This document shows positions 50,155 through 62,296 of a stretch of DNA of 64,000 nucleotides, piece by piece. Each line of letters starts with the position of its first letter. The first letter of the stretch is position 1. The DNA is from Takakia lepidozioides (lineage: Eukaryota > Plantae > Bryophyta): contig CM060731.1 of assembly GCA_030704615.1 (NCBI GenBank), positions 78,306,001 to 78,370,000 of the forward strand. The letters are read 5' to 3'. The notes under the pieces were generated by a model. It had not been told where the DNA came from and made no database searches. It saw only the letters and a program-made list of their open reading frames with translations. Both the position numbers and the translations under genes were made by a program.

Positions 50155-51920
50155 CCGGCACTACTTGTTCCACTACTAGTGCTCGTAGTTGGAGATGTTT
50201 GTGTAGCTGCTGGTGTCACCGCTGCCCTTGTGCCTCTAGTGATTGAGACATAATTAGGTGACCAATACTCTCGCCACTCCTCAATCTCCACCGCATGTCC
50301 CCGCCTAAATTCATGGTAATCATCCATGGGCGGCCCCTCAAGGTGCTGGAATAGCCCCTTCCATGCCATAAAGGGCGTAAACAGTTGTGGATTGCGCATT
50401 TGCTGCAAATCACACCAACTGTCAAACTCTTGTATAAAGTCATCAAGCTCGATGGTGCCCACAGCTCCAGAGTACCTACGTGGCCCATTGGTAGCTCCAT
50501 ACATCTCCTCCATCGTGTCCCACAACAATGGCACGGAAATGACTTGCACCCTTGGCGAGAATCCTCCTGACTCCGAGTCTGAACCTTCCTCAGAAGACAC
50601 TGAAGGTGAAAGTGGCCTAAACCGCACACCTTGTCTTGTGTACCCACTAGTATCGCTGGTGCTTGTACCGGCACTCCCCTCAGCAGCTGGTGGCACCTCC
50701 GTGATGAAAACTCACAACCCAACCAGTTGTCAACCTGTCTCTAATCCCCACTTTCTACAAGGTAACCGGGTAAAGAACCTGTTGCGGCTACTGGTTCAAG
50801 CAGGAATAATAGGTTTCTAACGTAGACCTGTACCTGCACCTGCATCCACAGCAAGTACTCCTATGGTCTGCTGGTCATCAACCCAACCTCACCATAGAAG
50901 AAACACTTGTGGTCTTGCTGGTCATCACTCCAGCCTCACCACCGACAGCATACTCTAGGATTGGCTGGTGATCAAATCCGGACCAACCTCCTATGAAAAC
51001 AAGCGCCCACACAAAGCTAACATGGCGCACAGTCAAGCATGCAAGTGTGGAGGGGATCCAAACACAAGAAAATCAAGACAACAACTCCCCCACACCAAAA
51101 ACACTCCACAGTGTCGCTCCTGCAAGGACCCCAGCCCAAACCCGGACTGACTCTTGCCTCCACCTATGGAAAGGTTTTGGCCTACAGAGAGGGTGAAAGA
51201 CTATGGAGAAGAGAAACTAAAGCAATTCCTAACCCCAGAATGCTCTCATCCCACCACTCTCCCTCCTGTCTCTATGGTATACTAACAGAGGTATAGTCTG
51301 AGCTGATTAGGGTCCACATATGGTGATACCTCAACAGAGGTATAGTAAAAGGGACAAGCTCCTGTTTGGTATACTAACAGAGGTATAGTTTGAGCTGATT
51401 AGGGTTCACATATGGTGATACCTCAATAGAGGTATAGTAAAATGGACAAGCTCCTGTTTGGTATACTAACAGAGGTATAGTCTCACATTAGGGTTCACAT
51501 ATGGTGATACCTCAACAGAGGTATAGTCAAAGGGACAAGCTCCTGTTTGGTATACTAACAGAGGTATAGTCTCACATTAGGGTTCACATATGGTGATACC
51601 TCAACAGAGGTATAGTCAAAGGGACAAGCTCCTGTTTGGTATACTAACAGAGGTATAGTCTGAGCATACACTACTAGGGTTTGTAATGAAGAGCTAGAAT
51701 GCAAGTCTTTGACTTCTATGCTTCTACTCAAGCAAAAATATGGTCTCTAGGTGGTCATAAGAGGCATCTTCTTGCTCTCTTCCACCCCAATGTGCAACCA
51801 AGAGTGGTCCAACTCAATTTGCAAGTCATTGTCCACCAAATCAATCCCCCTTCTAGTCCTTGGGATTTGATTGCAAACTACCATATCTCCATTGCCGAGC
51901 AATCATGCATTTGTCTTCTG
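50155..51920 (-). mobile_element. LTR and gag N-terminus of an LTR retrotransposon
   Basis: On the minus strand, ...TGACA-ac-TGGTTGGG at 50732-50718, then ORF 50696-50061 (YSGAVGTIELDDFIQEFDSWC). Confidence 0.65.
51276..51665. repeat. Tandem repeat of 89-92 bp, about 4.3 copies, within the putative LTR
   Basis: ggtatactaacagaggtatag at 51276, 51368, 51460, 51549 and 51638. Confidence 0.95.
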
Positions 51921-53511
51921 TAGGTGGTACCAGTTCAAAAGGTGTTACTACTGCTCCTGCCACAATTACAACACATGTGCCTAGATTCAACCCGGTGGTG
52001 GAGTTCTTCCAGGAGTTGCGGAGGAACTACCAAGGTGTACGGACAGAGAAGCTGCGAAGTTTGCAAGACTTCCAGCGCAAATCCAGTGAGAGCTTGCGAG
52101 AGGCCTACACTCGTATGAGGCGCTTGATAAGTGTGACCCAAGGGGTTACTGAAGCTCAGGCAGTCCAGTTCTGGTATGGAATTTTGGACAAGGAGCTCAA
52201 GAGAAGGGTGCGGGATGCAACCCTGTTACAAGCGGCCCAACCCACATTAGCGGATGTGTTTCTGCTAGCTTAGCGGATTGAGCTCAACATGGTGGAGGAG
52301 CGAGTTGTTACCATTGGATTTGGCAAGGACATGCCTGCACGAGGTGCAGCTGCCAGCCAACAGGTACAAGGGACTGCCCAACAGCGTGGTCAGGGGGCAA
52401 GGTTGCCCAACCCAAGTTCCATGGAGCTTACAGGGGACCTCAGGTGCAGAGGCCCGTGGCATCTTTTGCCGGCCAAGAGCAACCAGGGGTGATATGTTGG
52501 ATATGTGGAGGACCCCATGTTAAGAGAGATTGCCCTGAGAGTGGCAGAAGGCCGGCACAAGCACAGCCTACACAGTTGCAGTGTGGGCATTGTGGCAAGT
52601 ATGGGCATGGAGATGCCCAGTGTTATGACTTGCACCCTGAGTTGCGCCCAGGCCAGTTCCAAGGGAACAATGGTGGCCGGGGGCGAGGTGGACCAGCCCA
52701 GAGAGGACGAGGTGGTCGGGCACAAGGTGCAGGCCAAGGGCAAGCTCAACATGGCCAAGGACGCGGAGGTCAGGGTGTTGACCAAGACATGGCCAACCGG
52801 CTTCAGCAGCTAGAGCAGAGGCTCGCTGCCATCCAGCTCAGGTGGTACCGGCTCCCAAGCGGGATGGTCCACCTCCTGCTCCTGAGGGAGGAGATATGGG
52901 AGGCATGGGATTCATGTGCGGAGCAGCACTACCACTAGTGCAGGTGGAGTCTGCTGCAACCGTGACTCGAGGAGCAGCACGAGTTCCTGAGCCAGGAGGT
53001 GCAGAGGTGGAATTGGATCCACAGCGTGGGGAGGCAAGCTGTCAGGCGAGGCTTCCTTAGTCATTCACATTGGCGGAGACAGTGTCGACGTCATCCATGG
53101 CACCTAGTTCTCGCCCGACTGTTACCGAGGCGGAGGTTACTATGCCATTGGGGAGAGCTACACGTGCAGCACTGACACCTGCTACCAAGGCTAGTGCAGC
53201 CGGTGTGTTATTGGGGGCAGCCACCTCTATGTGTCAAGCCCCACTTCAGCTGCAGTGTTCAGACTAGCAGCAACACTCTGCGAGAGTGGGGAGCTCACTT
53301 CATCTTCTGCGGAGTTACTGGAAGGTGTAGTGGCAGAGGGATCCTCGGATTTGAGGGTCAAGACTGCCACGGCTGCGCCATGGCAAACTGCAGCTGCCAG
53401 GTTGACGGAGCTGCCAGCTAGGCCAGCCTTTGAACGCGCCATGGTGACACCTAGAGTTGTCTTGTTAGATAACCAGAGAGGCATTTTCACTTTGAGTGGA
53501 CCGGCAGGCCC
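51920..53511 (+). mobile_element. Gypsy-like gag remainder with two zinc knuckles, disrupted
   Basis: LQDFQRKSSESLREAYTRM; CWICGGPHVKRDC; CGHCGKYGHGDAQC; RGG-rich tract. Confidence 0.8.
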
Positions 53512-53880
53512 GGGGGGTGCACTCCTCATTAAATGTACCAGCCACGTGCGTGCGCAGGAGGGGGTATTTTAAACCCCCCCATGTACAACATTATACATAC
53601 AGAGGGGGGTTTAAAACACCTTAAATATAATTTTACAGGAGGGGGTTGTTGAGTTTTTAGGGATAGTGTAGTGGTAAGAATGGCGATTCCGCCGCGATGC
53701 ATCCCGGGATCGAATCGTGGAATCGTCGTTTTGTATGTTTGTTTTTTTTTTTTTTTTCGCTCCACGATCTTTCTCCCCTGACCTCCCGCGGCTTTCTCTT
53801 TTCTTTCTCCTCCTCTCCCGCGTTCGCCTTCCCTTCCGCGGGCTTTCTCTTTTTCCTCCTCTCCTCTCCCCTCCTCTCCA
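53512..53880. repeat. Second, inverted copy of the unclassified repeat at 1845-2129
   Basis: Starts ggggggtgcactcc and has the same ttttaaaccccc/gggggtttaaaa inverted repeat. Confidence 0.65.
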
Positions 53881-54397
53881 CAGGGCATGGTAGGACAATG
53901 TGGTGAGGGCACCAGAATGTGGTGAGGGCACTGACTTGGGAGAAGGTTTGAGGTTGTGATGTATGTAGAGGGCAGGAATCGAAGGGGATGAAGTAAGTGC
54001 GCGGGAATGTGGGGCAGGCCTGGGCTGATCGGTGATGATATGCGGGTGTGGTGGCGGATTGTTGTGCAGCAATGACAGGAGGACATGGGCATCAAGATTC
54101 CCAGTCATCAGAGGTAATGAGCACATTAGGCCTATTTTCTTTCCTAATAATGATTGGCGTGACACAATGGTTGTACTCACTGTATCAGGCCTATTCTCAT
54201 CCTTATTGAATCCAAACAGCCAGAGGGACAAGATGCCCCTAAGTGTACAGAACCTGAACGTCCTGAATCTGAAGGATTTGGTACTCAAGAGTTTACACAA
54301 GACGAGCAAAATCTACACATGGGGTAACTGTCCCCCCTTTGCAGAACGGTTGGGCGTCCAGGAGCAATCCCAAGCTACCTAGACGACAAACAATTCA

Positions 54398-56905
54398 CAT
54401 GCAAAGGGCTGGCTTGCGGCTGGCCACTTTCAACTTCTCAGGGCTTACTAACCAAAGGAAACAACTCGAAGTGGGACAAGTCCTTCGGACTAATGATATT
54501 CATATCTGTGCTGGGCAAGAAACATGGGAAACTTCGGATAAACTGGTTGGAGATGTCAATGGTTATAAATGGGCAGGTAGGATGTGTACTCTCAAGGCAG
54601 CCTCTGCCAAACGCGGTCAAAAAGGGGTTGGATTCTTTGTCCGTGATTTCTTGTTTGATAATTGTGAAATTATCAACAAGGGTTTGAGGTACGAACATAG
54701 TATCTGGCTAAAACTGAATCTGAAGGGCGGCATGAGTACGAAGGACCTCTTTGTGGGTTGTGTTTACATGCCCACAGAGGGGACCCTTAGTGCTGACGCA
54801 GACAAAGCCTTCGAAGATGTAAAGCTGGACTGTGCTTCGTTCCTTGCCAAAGGTCAGGTAGTGCTATTGGGTGACTTCAATGCCCGGGTGGGCAAAGGGC
54901 TCCATCAGGACGATATCATTGGGCCTTTTGGTGAGGACGAGCCCTCTATAAAGAGTGCTGCAATTTGAAAACCAACAGAGAATTGTGGGCGAGGTACTAT
55001 CAGCTCCGGAAAGATATCAATCAGCTTGTTAGGTCTCAGAAGAAATTATACTGGGATAAGTTATACAGTGAAATAAACTCAAACCACCATGGTGGTAATG
55101 ACAAGAAATTATGGTTGGCCCTTCAACGTTTGTACAAGCCTAAAAACGGTCAGCAAGTACAAGCGCTGAAGACTACTAAAGGTGCAGTGGTGACTTCATC
55201 GGTTGACATTGTCAAAACCTTTGAAAATCACTACAGTATCCTTGGCAGAACTTCTAGGTCTAACAGTGAGGGGTCTTCTGCTGAATGGAGGGACACAGTT
55301 GGAAAAATTGTTCCTATGATTCAAAACAGCCCTGATGAACTGGAGTATATTTCAATGGCTTATAACGCTCCCATTAGTTCTTCTGAGATTGTGGAAGCAA
55401 TTGAACATTTAAATGGATATAAAGCTGGTGGACCTGATGGTATTGTCAACGAGCTTATCAAGCACGGTGGCGATCCCATGATAGAGGCCCTAGTTCTCCT
55501 CTTTAACCTTATCTGGAAGACTGAAATGATCCCCTTTCGCTGGCGACAGGGGGTCATTGTCAGTCTATACAAGAAGGGTGACAGAGAAGAACCGGGGAAC
55601 TACCGTGGCATCACACTCAGGAGTTGATTAATTGCGCGAAGAGATACTTTGATCTTTGGGGGCTAGAGGCTAATGTCAGCAAATGTGCAGTGGTAGCATT
55701 CAACGACAGAGGAGAGGGAGGAAGTGATCTTAAGTGGCAGTGGGGTAGCCAAGAGATCCCGGTCCTCCCTTCCTACACTTACCTGGGCGTTGAGTTTTCC
55801 TCCAATTGTAATTGGGATGCACATATCCGGAAAGTTGTTCGAACTGGCAAGGGCAAAGCTCTGGGGCTCACTAAATTTTTCCACTGCAGAGGGGTCATCT
55901 CTGAGGTTAAGAAAACCATGCTTTGTCGCGTTATTAGACCTGCCTTGGAGTACGGATCTGCTATATGGGTTGATAACTCCAACCAGGCTAAGTCTCTAGA
56001 ATCCATTCAAGTGGGGGTGCTTAAGGAGTGTATGTCAGCATGCTCCAAAACAGCCAATGTGGCTGTTCGGGGTGAGTTTGGCATTCCATCCTTAAGCTCC
56101 CGACGAGATGAATTCAAGGTCAGATGGTGGGGTCAGCTGCAACATATGCCCAACACCAGATATCCTAAGTTGATTGACTCTATATCTTGGAAACAGGACC
56201 GCCCTGTCAAACAGGCTAAGTCCTGGCAGAAGAGAGTAGAAAAGATTCTCAAGGACCTGGACCTGGATCCGCAAGTCTTGACCCTGCTGGATAAATCTGC
56301 CTTAGAGGCTGTAGTGTCTGAGGCCATGTCTGTTGCCATGAGATTGTCTGATGAAAATGAAGTTAGGCAGAGAACTTCCCTGAACTTGTTTCCAGTCAGT
56401 GACATGGGGGTGGACATCTTGGATGACCTCAAGGGTCTACCCACTCTCGGCACTAGACTGAAATTTAAACTCAGGGCAGGAAGCCTACCTTTGAACAGCA
56501 AACAGAAGCAGAGAGGAAAGGGAGAGTGCAATTGTCCGTTGTGTGGGCAATCTGAAGACAGTATTCATTTTCTGATACGCTGTCCGGGTTCTCTCACCAA
56601 AGAGAGGCTCTCTTCAATTCTATCAAGGGAATTGTGCCTGTACCCCTGTTTACCAACTTTGAAAGTCTCGAGGCTGAGCCAAAAGCCCAGGCCCTCCTGA
56701 GGCCTAGTTTTTGGGCAAATCACACACAGCAGATTGATGCTTGTGTGAAGGGTTTTCTAGAGGATATCTGGAAAACCCGGATTAATTCCTTATACGATGG
56801 TAAGTCTTACTACCAACGTCAGCCCTGTTCCTTTTGTTCCCACTGAAACTGGGCGCGGGGTCAATGGCCACAAGGCTACGGCAAACAACGTCTTATGAGT
56901 ACAAT
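54398..56905 (+). mobile_element. RTE-like LINE with two internal deletions (RT core missing)
   Basis: APE motifs ATFN, QETW, GDFNARVG. RT N-terminus KAGGPDGI...GNYRGITL is joined directly to the post-YADD region (YTYLGV). C-terminal CPLC...H..C and 3' UTR. Confidence 0.9.
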
Positions 56906-57409
56906 CTCATCCTTATCATCCCTCGCCTTTTGGAAAATTCCAGCCATAATTGAAGGGCAATTGGTTGTTGTACTTAACTGCACGAATGTTCCCCTTTCTG
57001 TTGGAATGAGCCGCACGTCCTTTCCATGCTGACATACCCTTTCTTCTTCCTGCAGGATCCTTTGCCCAGCCCTGTTATTTCTATCATTTGTGCCATCCTC
57101 TTGGCGTTTCCACAGCCTCCCCTCATTGCCAGTGAAGTGTTTCTTTCTCTTCCCTTTGTCTTTAAAGACACTCCAACTGTTAGCTGCAGTACCCTTCGCT
57201 GATTTCTTATTGCCTTTGACCTCATGTATGTTTTCAATCATGTTTGAAGGGTGATCACTTGCTGCCATATGCATGACTGTGTCCTTGACTGCTTCTCTTG
57301 TCTCAGTATGATGTTTAATTGTTGTCATGTCAGGCTGTGCTCAGCTGCACCGTGGTGTCTTCAAATGGATCAATTTTTCAGACACGGTCTTGCCAACTGA
57401 ATGATGCAG

Positions 57410-58050
57410 GTTCACTTGGGAGAGTGCACTCCCCCTTTCCTCTCTGCTTCTGTTTCATGTTCAAAGGTAGGCTTCCTTCCCTGAGTTTAAATTTCAGTCT
57501 AGTGCCGAGAGTGGGTGGACCCTTGAGGTCATCCAAGATGTCCTCCCCCATGTCACTAAGTTCAGGGAAGTTTTATGCCTAACTTCATTTTCATCAGACA
57601 ATCTCATGGCAATAGACATGGCTTTGGACACTACAGCCTCTAAGTCTGATTTATCCAGCAGGGTCAAGACTTGCGGATCCAGGTCCAGGTCCTTGAGAAT
57701 CTCTTCTACTCTGGCCTTGGGAAAACACCTTTTGATCTCAGTCCAGAAAGTGGTCAGAGGTACCAATATCAGTTCTGTCGATCAACACATTGGCACACTG
57801 GGGGAACAAATTTTTGTCCATTATGATATAGTCCACAATGGAACGTTCCCCAGTTTGGGATTTCTCACGAGTCCACTGCACTTGGTCACCTCTTGTCTTG
57901 TTAATCAAGGTCAAAAGCTGAAGCTCTTCCAGACAGTTAATTAACCGTCTGCCATTAGAATTCAGCTCGTCCTCACCAGAAGACCCAATGATATCGTCCT
58001 GATGGAGCCCTTTGCCCACTTGGGCATTGAAGTCACCCTACAATAGCACC
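57410..58050 (-). mobile_element. Inverted, internally deleted copy of the same RTE-like LINE
   Basis: GKGLHQDDIIG...NSNG...SIVDYI...SDH is fused to RVEEILKDLDLDPQVL. Confidence 0.85.
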
Positions 58051-58052
58051 AC

Positions 58053-58880
58053 AGAGATGAAGAGAAGCTTTGGAATGAGACACTTTTCTGACCCCAGTCA
58101 ATGGTGGGACAATGTGGGTGGATGGTCAACTGGAAACAGCAGCGGCAACAGCGCAATTGATAAAGCAAGGCACTGCTGATGAAAGGTACCTTCTTCAACG
58201 TATTTCAGCCTGAGGGCACCTTCTGGTTTGACCTGTTTCAGCCTGTTTTTCCCTCTCATCAGACTCAGCCCTGAAGCATATGTATTGAATTCTGTAAGTT
58301 AGCTCGTTGGGTGGATCTGCGGTGCTCTGGAGTGACTTTGCAAGTTGCTGCCGAGGTGGTAGCATGACAGTACCTAAAAAAAGATAATAGATAGAACAAG
58401 GGACTGCTAATGAAGGTACCTTCTTCAACACATTTCAGCCTGTTTTTCCCTATTATCAGAGTCGTCCCTAGATTTCCAGATGGCGGATTCCAAGCTCCAG
58501 ATTACCTATGATTCCATGTGGAATGATAGCTACAAGAAACCTGGATGGGTAGATGGTCAACTGGAAGCCACAGTAGTAGCTGCAGAGGCATGATGTACGC
58601 ATTGTTAGTGTGGAGGGAGGGGTAGCTGTTGATGCAGGGAGAGGATCGTGGGTGCAAAATCATCCAAGAGGGCCAGATTTGGAGCAAGGAACAGCGCTGG
58701 CAGGAGTTCTATAAATTTGATCCACAGCGGTGGGACAATATTGTCAACAAGGTGAGCTTTCTTCATGCAACATCGTAGGGAGTTTGACAGAACTTTGTAT
58801 TTAAATATGTTAGTGTGGAGGGAGGGCTAGCCGCTGATGCAAGGATGGACTGTGGGTTCAGGATCACCCAAGAGGGCTAC
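58053..58880 (+). pseudogene. Scrambled fragments of the PDF-motif exons and introns
   Basis: RDEEKLWNE.FSDPSQWWDN near 58055-58113; DSKLQITYDSMWNDSYKKPGWVDGQL near 58490-58563; HPRGPD at 58661; WQEFYKFDPQRWDN at 58698. Confidence 0.75.
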
Positions 58881-59120
58881 CAGCAGTGGAAGTAGCAGCA
58901 TTTGGTCAATAGCAGCAGCAAAAATTAACAACATCAAACTCATCAATCAGGTACTTGCTTCTGTATACATTTCATCCTCTTATGAACGTAGTTCCTACTT
59001 GGACAGCCTATAGGGTTGTATAAAACAGGACTTTGGAACCTTCCAACCCGGGTGCTTTGTTATTGGTCTATCAAGGTCTGATTTGAAATGTTTTCATTGC
59101 ATTTTGCAGGTGAACTCATC

Positions 59121-62100
59121 ATGGAAGAAGAGTTGGAAGTAAAAGTCCTGCTTGTTGGAGGAGATGCATCACCAAACAGGCTTGGTTCTGTGTTCACTAT
59201 GCAAGGTGTCACATACAAATGCATCCGAGCAGAAATTATAGGTGATGAGCTTGTCTCAGCAAAATTTCATTTCCTTTCCATGGGGGGTAGTGTCCTTTCA
59301 GCCAAGCAAGAAGAGAGGATGGTTCTGAAAGGGGATACTGTACACATTAAGATTTCAGACCAAAATGATGGGGACCAAGGATTGAAAAGACCTCTATCTT
59401 CCAGTGGTTCTACGATCTTGCATGAGGACAGACCAGGCGAGGACCCGGCACCAGTGTCTACCAAGATGAGGATGGACCCTGATACACCCTTTGCTGGCGA
59501 TGGTGGAAATGAAGACCATGCACATGAGCATGCACTTCAGCAGAGATCTGGTAGATTGTGCAGCACGTTGGCTACATCCAACGATATTCAAAAATGGCAG
59601 AAAGAGATTAGAGCCGTTGAAAGGAAAATCTCTGCAGAAGGACGATGTGACAAGTTTGAGCTGATGACAAAGGATCAACAAGGACAAGCAATGTTCCACA
59701 TATGGTGTGTTGAGTGTGAGGATGTTTATGCACGGTCTGGGAAAAACAAACCATATGATGCATGTGCAAACTTTATGAGATCTCATTTGAGGAGTGAGGG
59801 GCATCGCATAGCCTATGAGAGGCGTCATGGGAAGGGTTCATCACAATGTGTCATCAGCCCTGTAAATGCAGATGAAGCATTAGACGCAAAGAAGAACAGG
59901 GTGAAGGAGGCATTAGAGGAAGTCGCTCGGTTTTGTGAGGACAATCCTGGAAACAGATTTGAGATTGTGGAAGCCACAATTGGAGACTATTCGCAGTTGG
60001 GTTCCATAAGGATTAGGTGCCCACTGGATTCGAAGTGGCTACTCTTGTTTCCAAGGACAGGTTCTTTGCAATCTTCTTTGACAGAGCATGTGAAAGGAAA
60101 AACTCATGTCGATGCAGAGATTTGCCAGAAGGTTGGAAGTAGTGAAGGACCTTGCAAAAAGAGAGGAAGGCCTCCAAAGCCTATGATTGCCAAAGATGTA
60201 AAGCAACGGGATCTAAGCTCTTTCTTGGTCAGTCAACCTGTGTTGCCGTCCCCACCACTTGACAATCCAATTGTGGCATCAACAATGGGAGCATCCTCGT
60301 CACAAACTCCATACGCTTGTGTTGACGCTGCCCAACGGGAGATCTGATCGAGGATTGACAATTACAGCAAAGGTCCCAATGCAACAAAGGAAGAGACAGT
60401 TTGTGTTGGGGCCTATGGGATGAATGGTGGGAGTACAACCAGCAGAGAATAAGTCTGAAACCATTCCTTCAAGATAGCAAGGGAGGAAAGAAGTGGTATG
60501 TCGAGCCGTTGACAAATGCAACCATCACTCTAAACAATCAAGAGCATAAGGTTGTTGGTACGTTTCGGCACGCGGATTGTTTTAGAGTGTCATTGGATGG
60601 GGAGCCATTTCCAAACTTGAGATGTTCAGCATGTTCTTCCATTCCCTTGGAAAATGACTTCAGAATGAGGGTATATAGAGAAAGAGGTGCCATGGAATGT
60701 AGAGGGGAGAGAGATACTGGCAAGGGAAGAAGGTTGTCATATCTTGGAAATGCGGAGATTGTCAAACAAGTTTACAAAAACAGACAGGAGTTGAGGCAGT
60801 TGAGGTTCAAATTGTGGGAGGCCAGGACCAAAGTGGCATCATTGTCTGTGCGATGTAGGAGTTTGAAGGAGTCTGGGATTGAGGCAATTGAAAGAGGAGA
60901 TGTTCTCAAATTTTGTCGTGATATTGTTGATGCACATAGGAGGGGGGATTTTGAAGGAAAAGAAAGTTTGTGGGATTTTCTTGTTGATATGGGCAAGAAT
61001 ATTGACAGGTCTCCACAAGGGAAGAGGTATGGTACTAGCACAAAAACAATGTTTGAGACTGTGCAGCTTTGGGGGGGTCCGAGATTGCATCATTTTTTGG
61101 CTTCAAATGTGGGGGGTCCTTCTATTGATACTACAAGACGGTCTTTGAGGAAAGGTTTGAAGTATAGAGCGGAAGAAACGGATGATATATTTCAGCATGT
61201 GGCTGGAATTTACAGAGATGTGATGGAAGATGCAAATATTCCATTGGGAAGCATCCCAGTGATGGTGGCCGAAGATGAAACTGTTGTGAAGCGATTGGTA
61301 CGTTGGATTGCTAGGGATGACACCCTTCTGGGTTTTGTGGGCTTCAAGACAACCATGTATGTATTTCAAATTTTGTGGTGCAAGTGGGAGAAGGGGAATC
61401 AGGGTACCAACATATTGTGGAGGCATTCAAAAACAATGTGGTTGCCCATTATGCTAGAGTGTTGATAGCAAATCCTCTACATGTACGGTTACCTCGATTG
61501 GTATTGGTAATCCAGTTCACTTGCAATAGATTTGACAACAATTTTGTGAGATGACAATGGGAAGTGGTGAGACAGTTGTGGGACAAATATGTGAGGGACG
61601 TGGTTGGGCCTATAATTGGGCATGCTTCAGACGGAGATAGTAGGAGGAGAAAAGTTATGTTAGAAGATTATGCCAATGGGGCTGGAAATAGATTTTGCAT
61701 CCCTTGGGAAGGATGGTTGTTTACAGGTCGAGTATGCAACGGGGGAGATATATACGGACTCCATGATCAGGACTTCATCCACAATGGGAAAAAATTGGTA
61801 AATCCCTTGGACAGTGCATCACGGACTTTGGTGTTGGGTGATGAGGTTGCTACATTGAATCATGTGTTATTGGTCTACCATTCATTTTCAGTGGACAAGC
61901 ATGGACTTCGGGAATGTGATATCAAAAGAGAAGATCGACAGAATTGGGCAGCAGCTCAACGACTGGCATCTCAGAAGGTGCAAGCTTGTGTGAGGGAGTT
62001 ACAATCAACTGTGAATCATCGAAGAGAGAGGACCAAAGGTACTGAAATTTACCTATACATCATTTCATGCTACATCGACATTTTTTTGTCTCCTCACATG

Positions 62101-62220
62101 TCATTGTGTGAGAGGGTACAATCTGCTGCGAAGGTATCATTTTTTTTCAGATTGTGGAAGTTGTGGCTATTCCAGCACGAGGTGTATAATCTGAAATCCT
62201 TCTTCATTAGCAGGGAAACT
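59121..62220 (+). mobile_element. P-element-like DDE transposase with N-terminal Zn-finger-like motifs; disrupted and 3'-truncated
   Basis: CVEC...HLRSEGH; AEDET...DDTLLGF; IGHASDGD; QDFIHNGKKLVNPL; DRQNWAAAQRL; GTEIYL...YIDIF. Confidence 0.6.
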
Positions 62221-62296
62221 CATGGACTTATATGGACTTTCAAATCTTGTCAGATTTCTCTAATTCAAATTTCATTATGTTGGAAACGTCAACAAT

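Noticed and set aside
56876-57328. 150-aa minus-strand ORF between the two RTE copies
   Set aside because: No recognisable motif, and it runs into LINE sequence. It cannot be supported as a gene.
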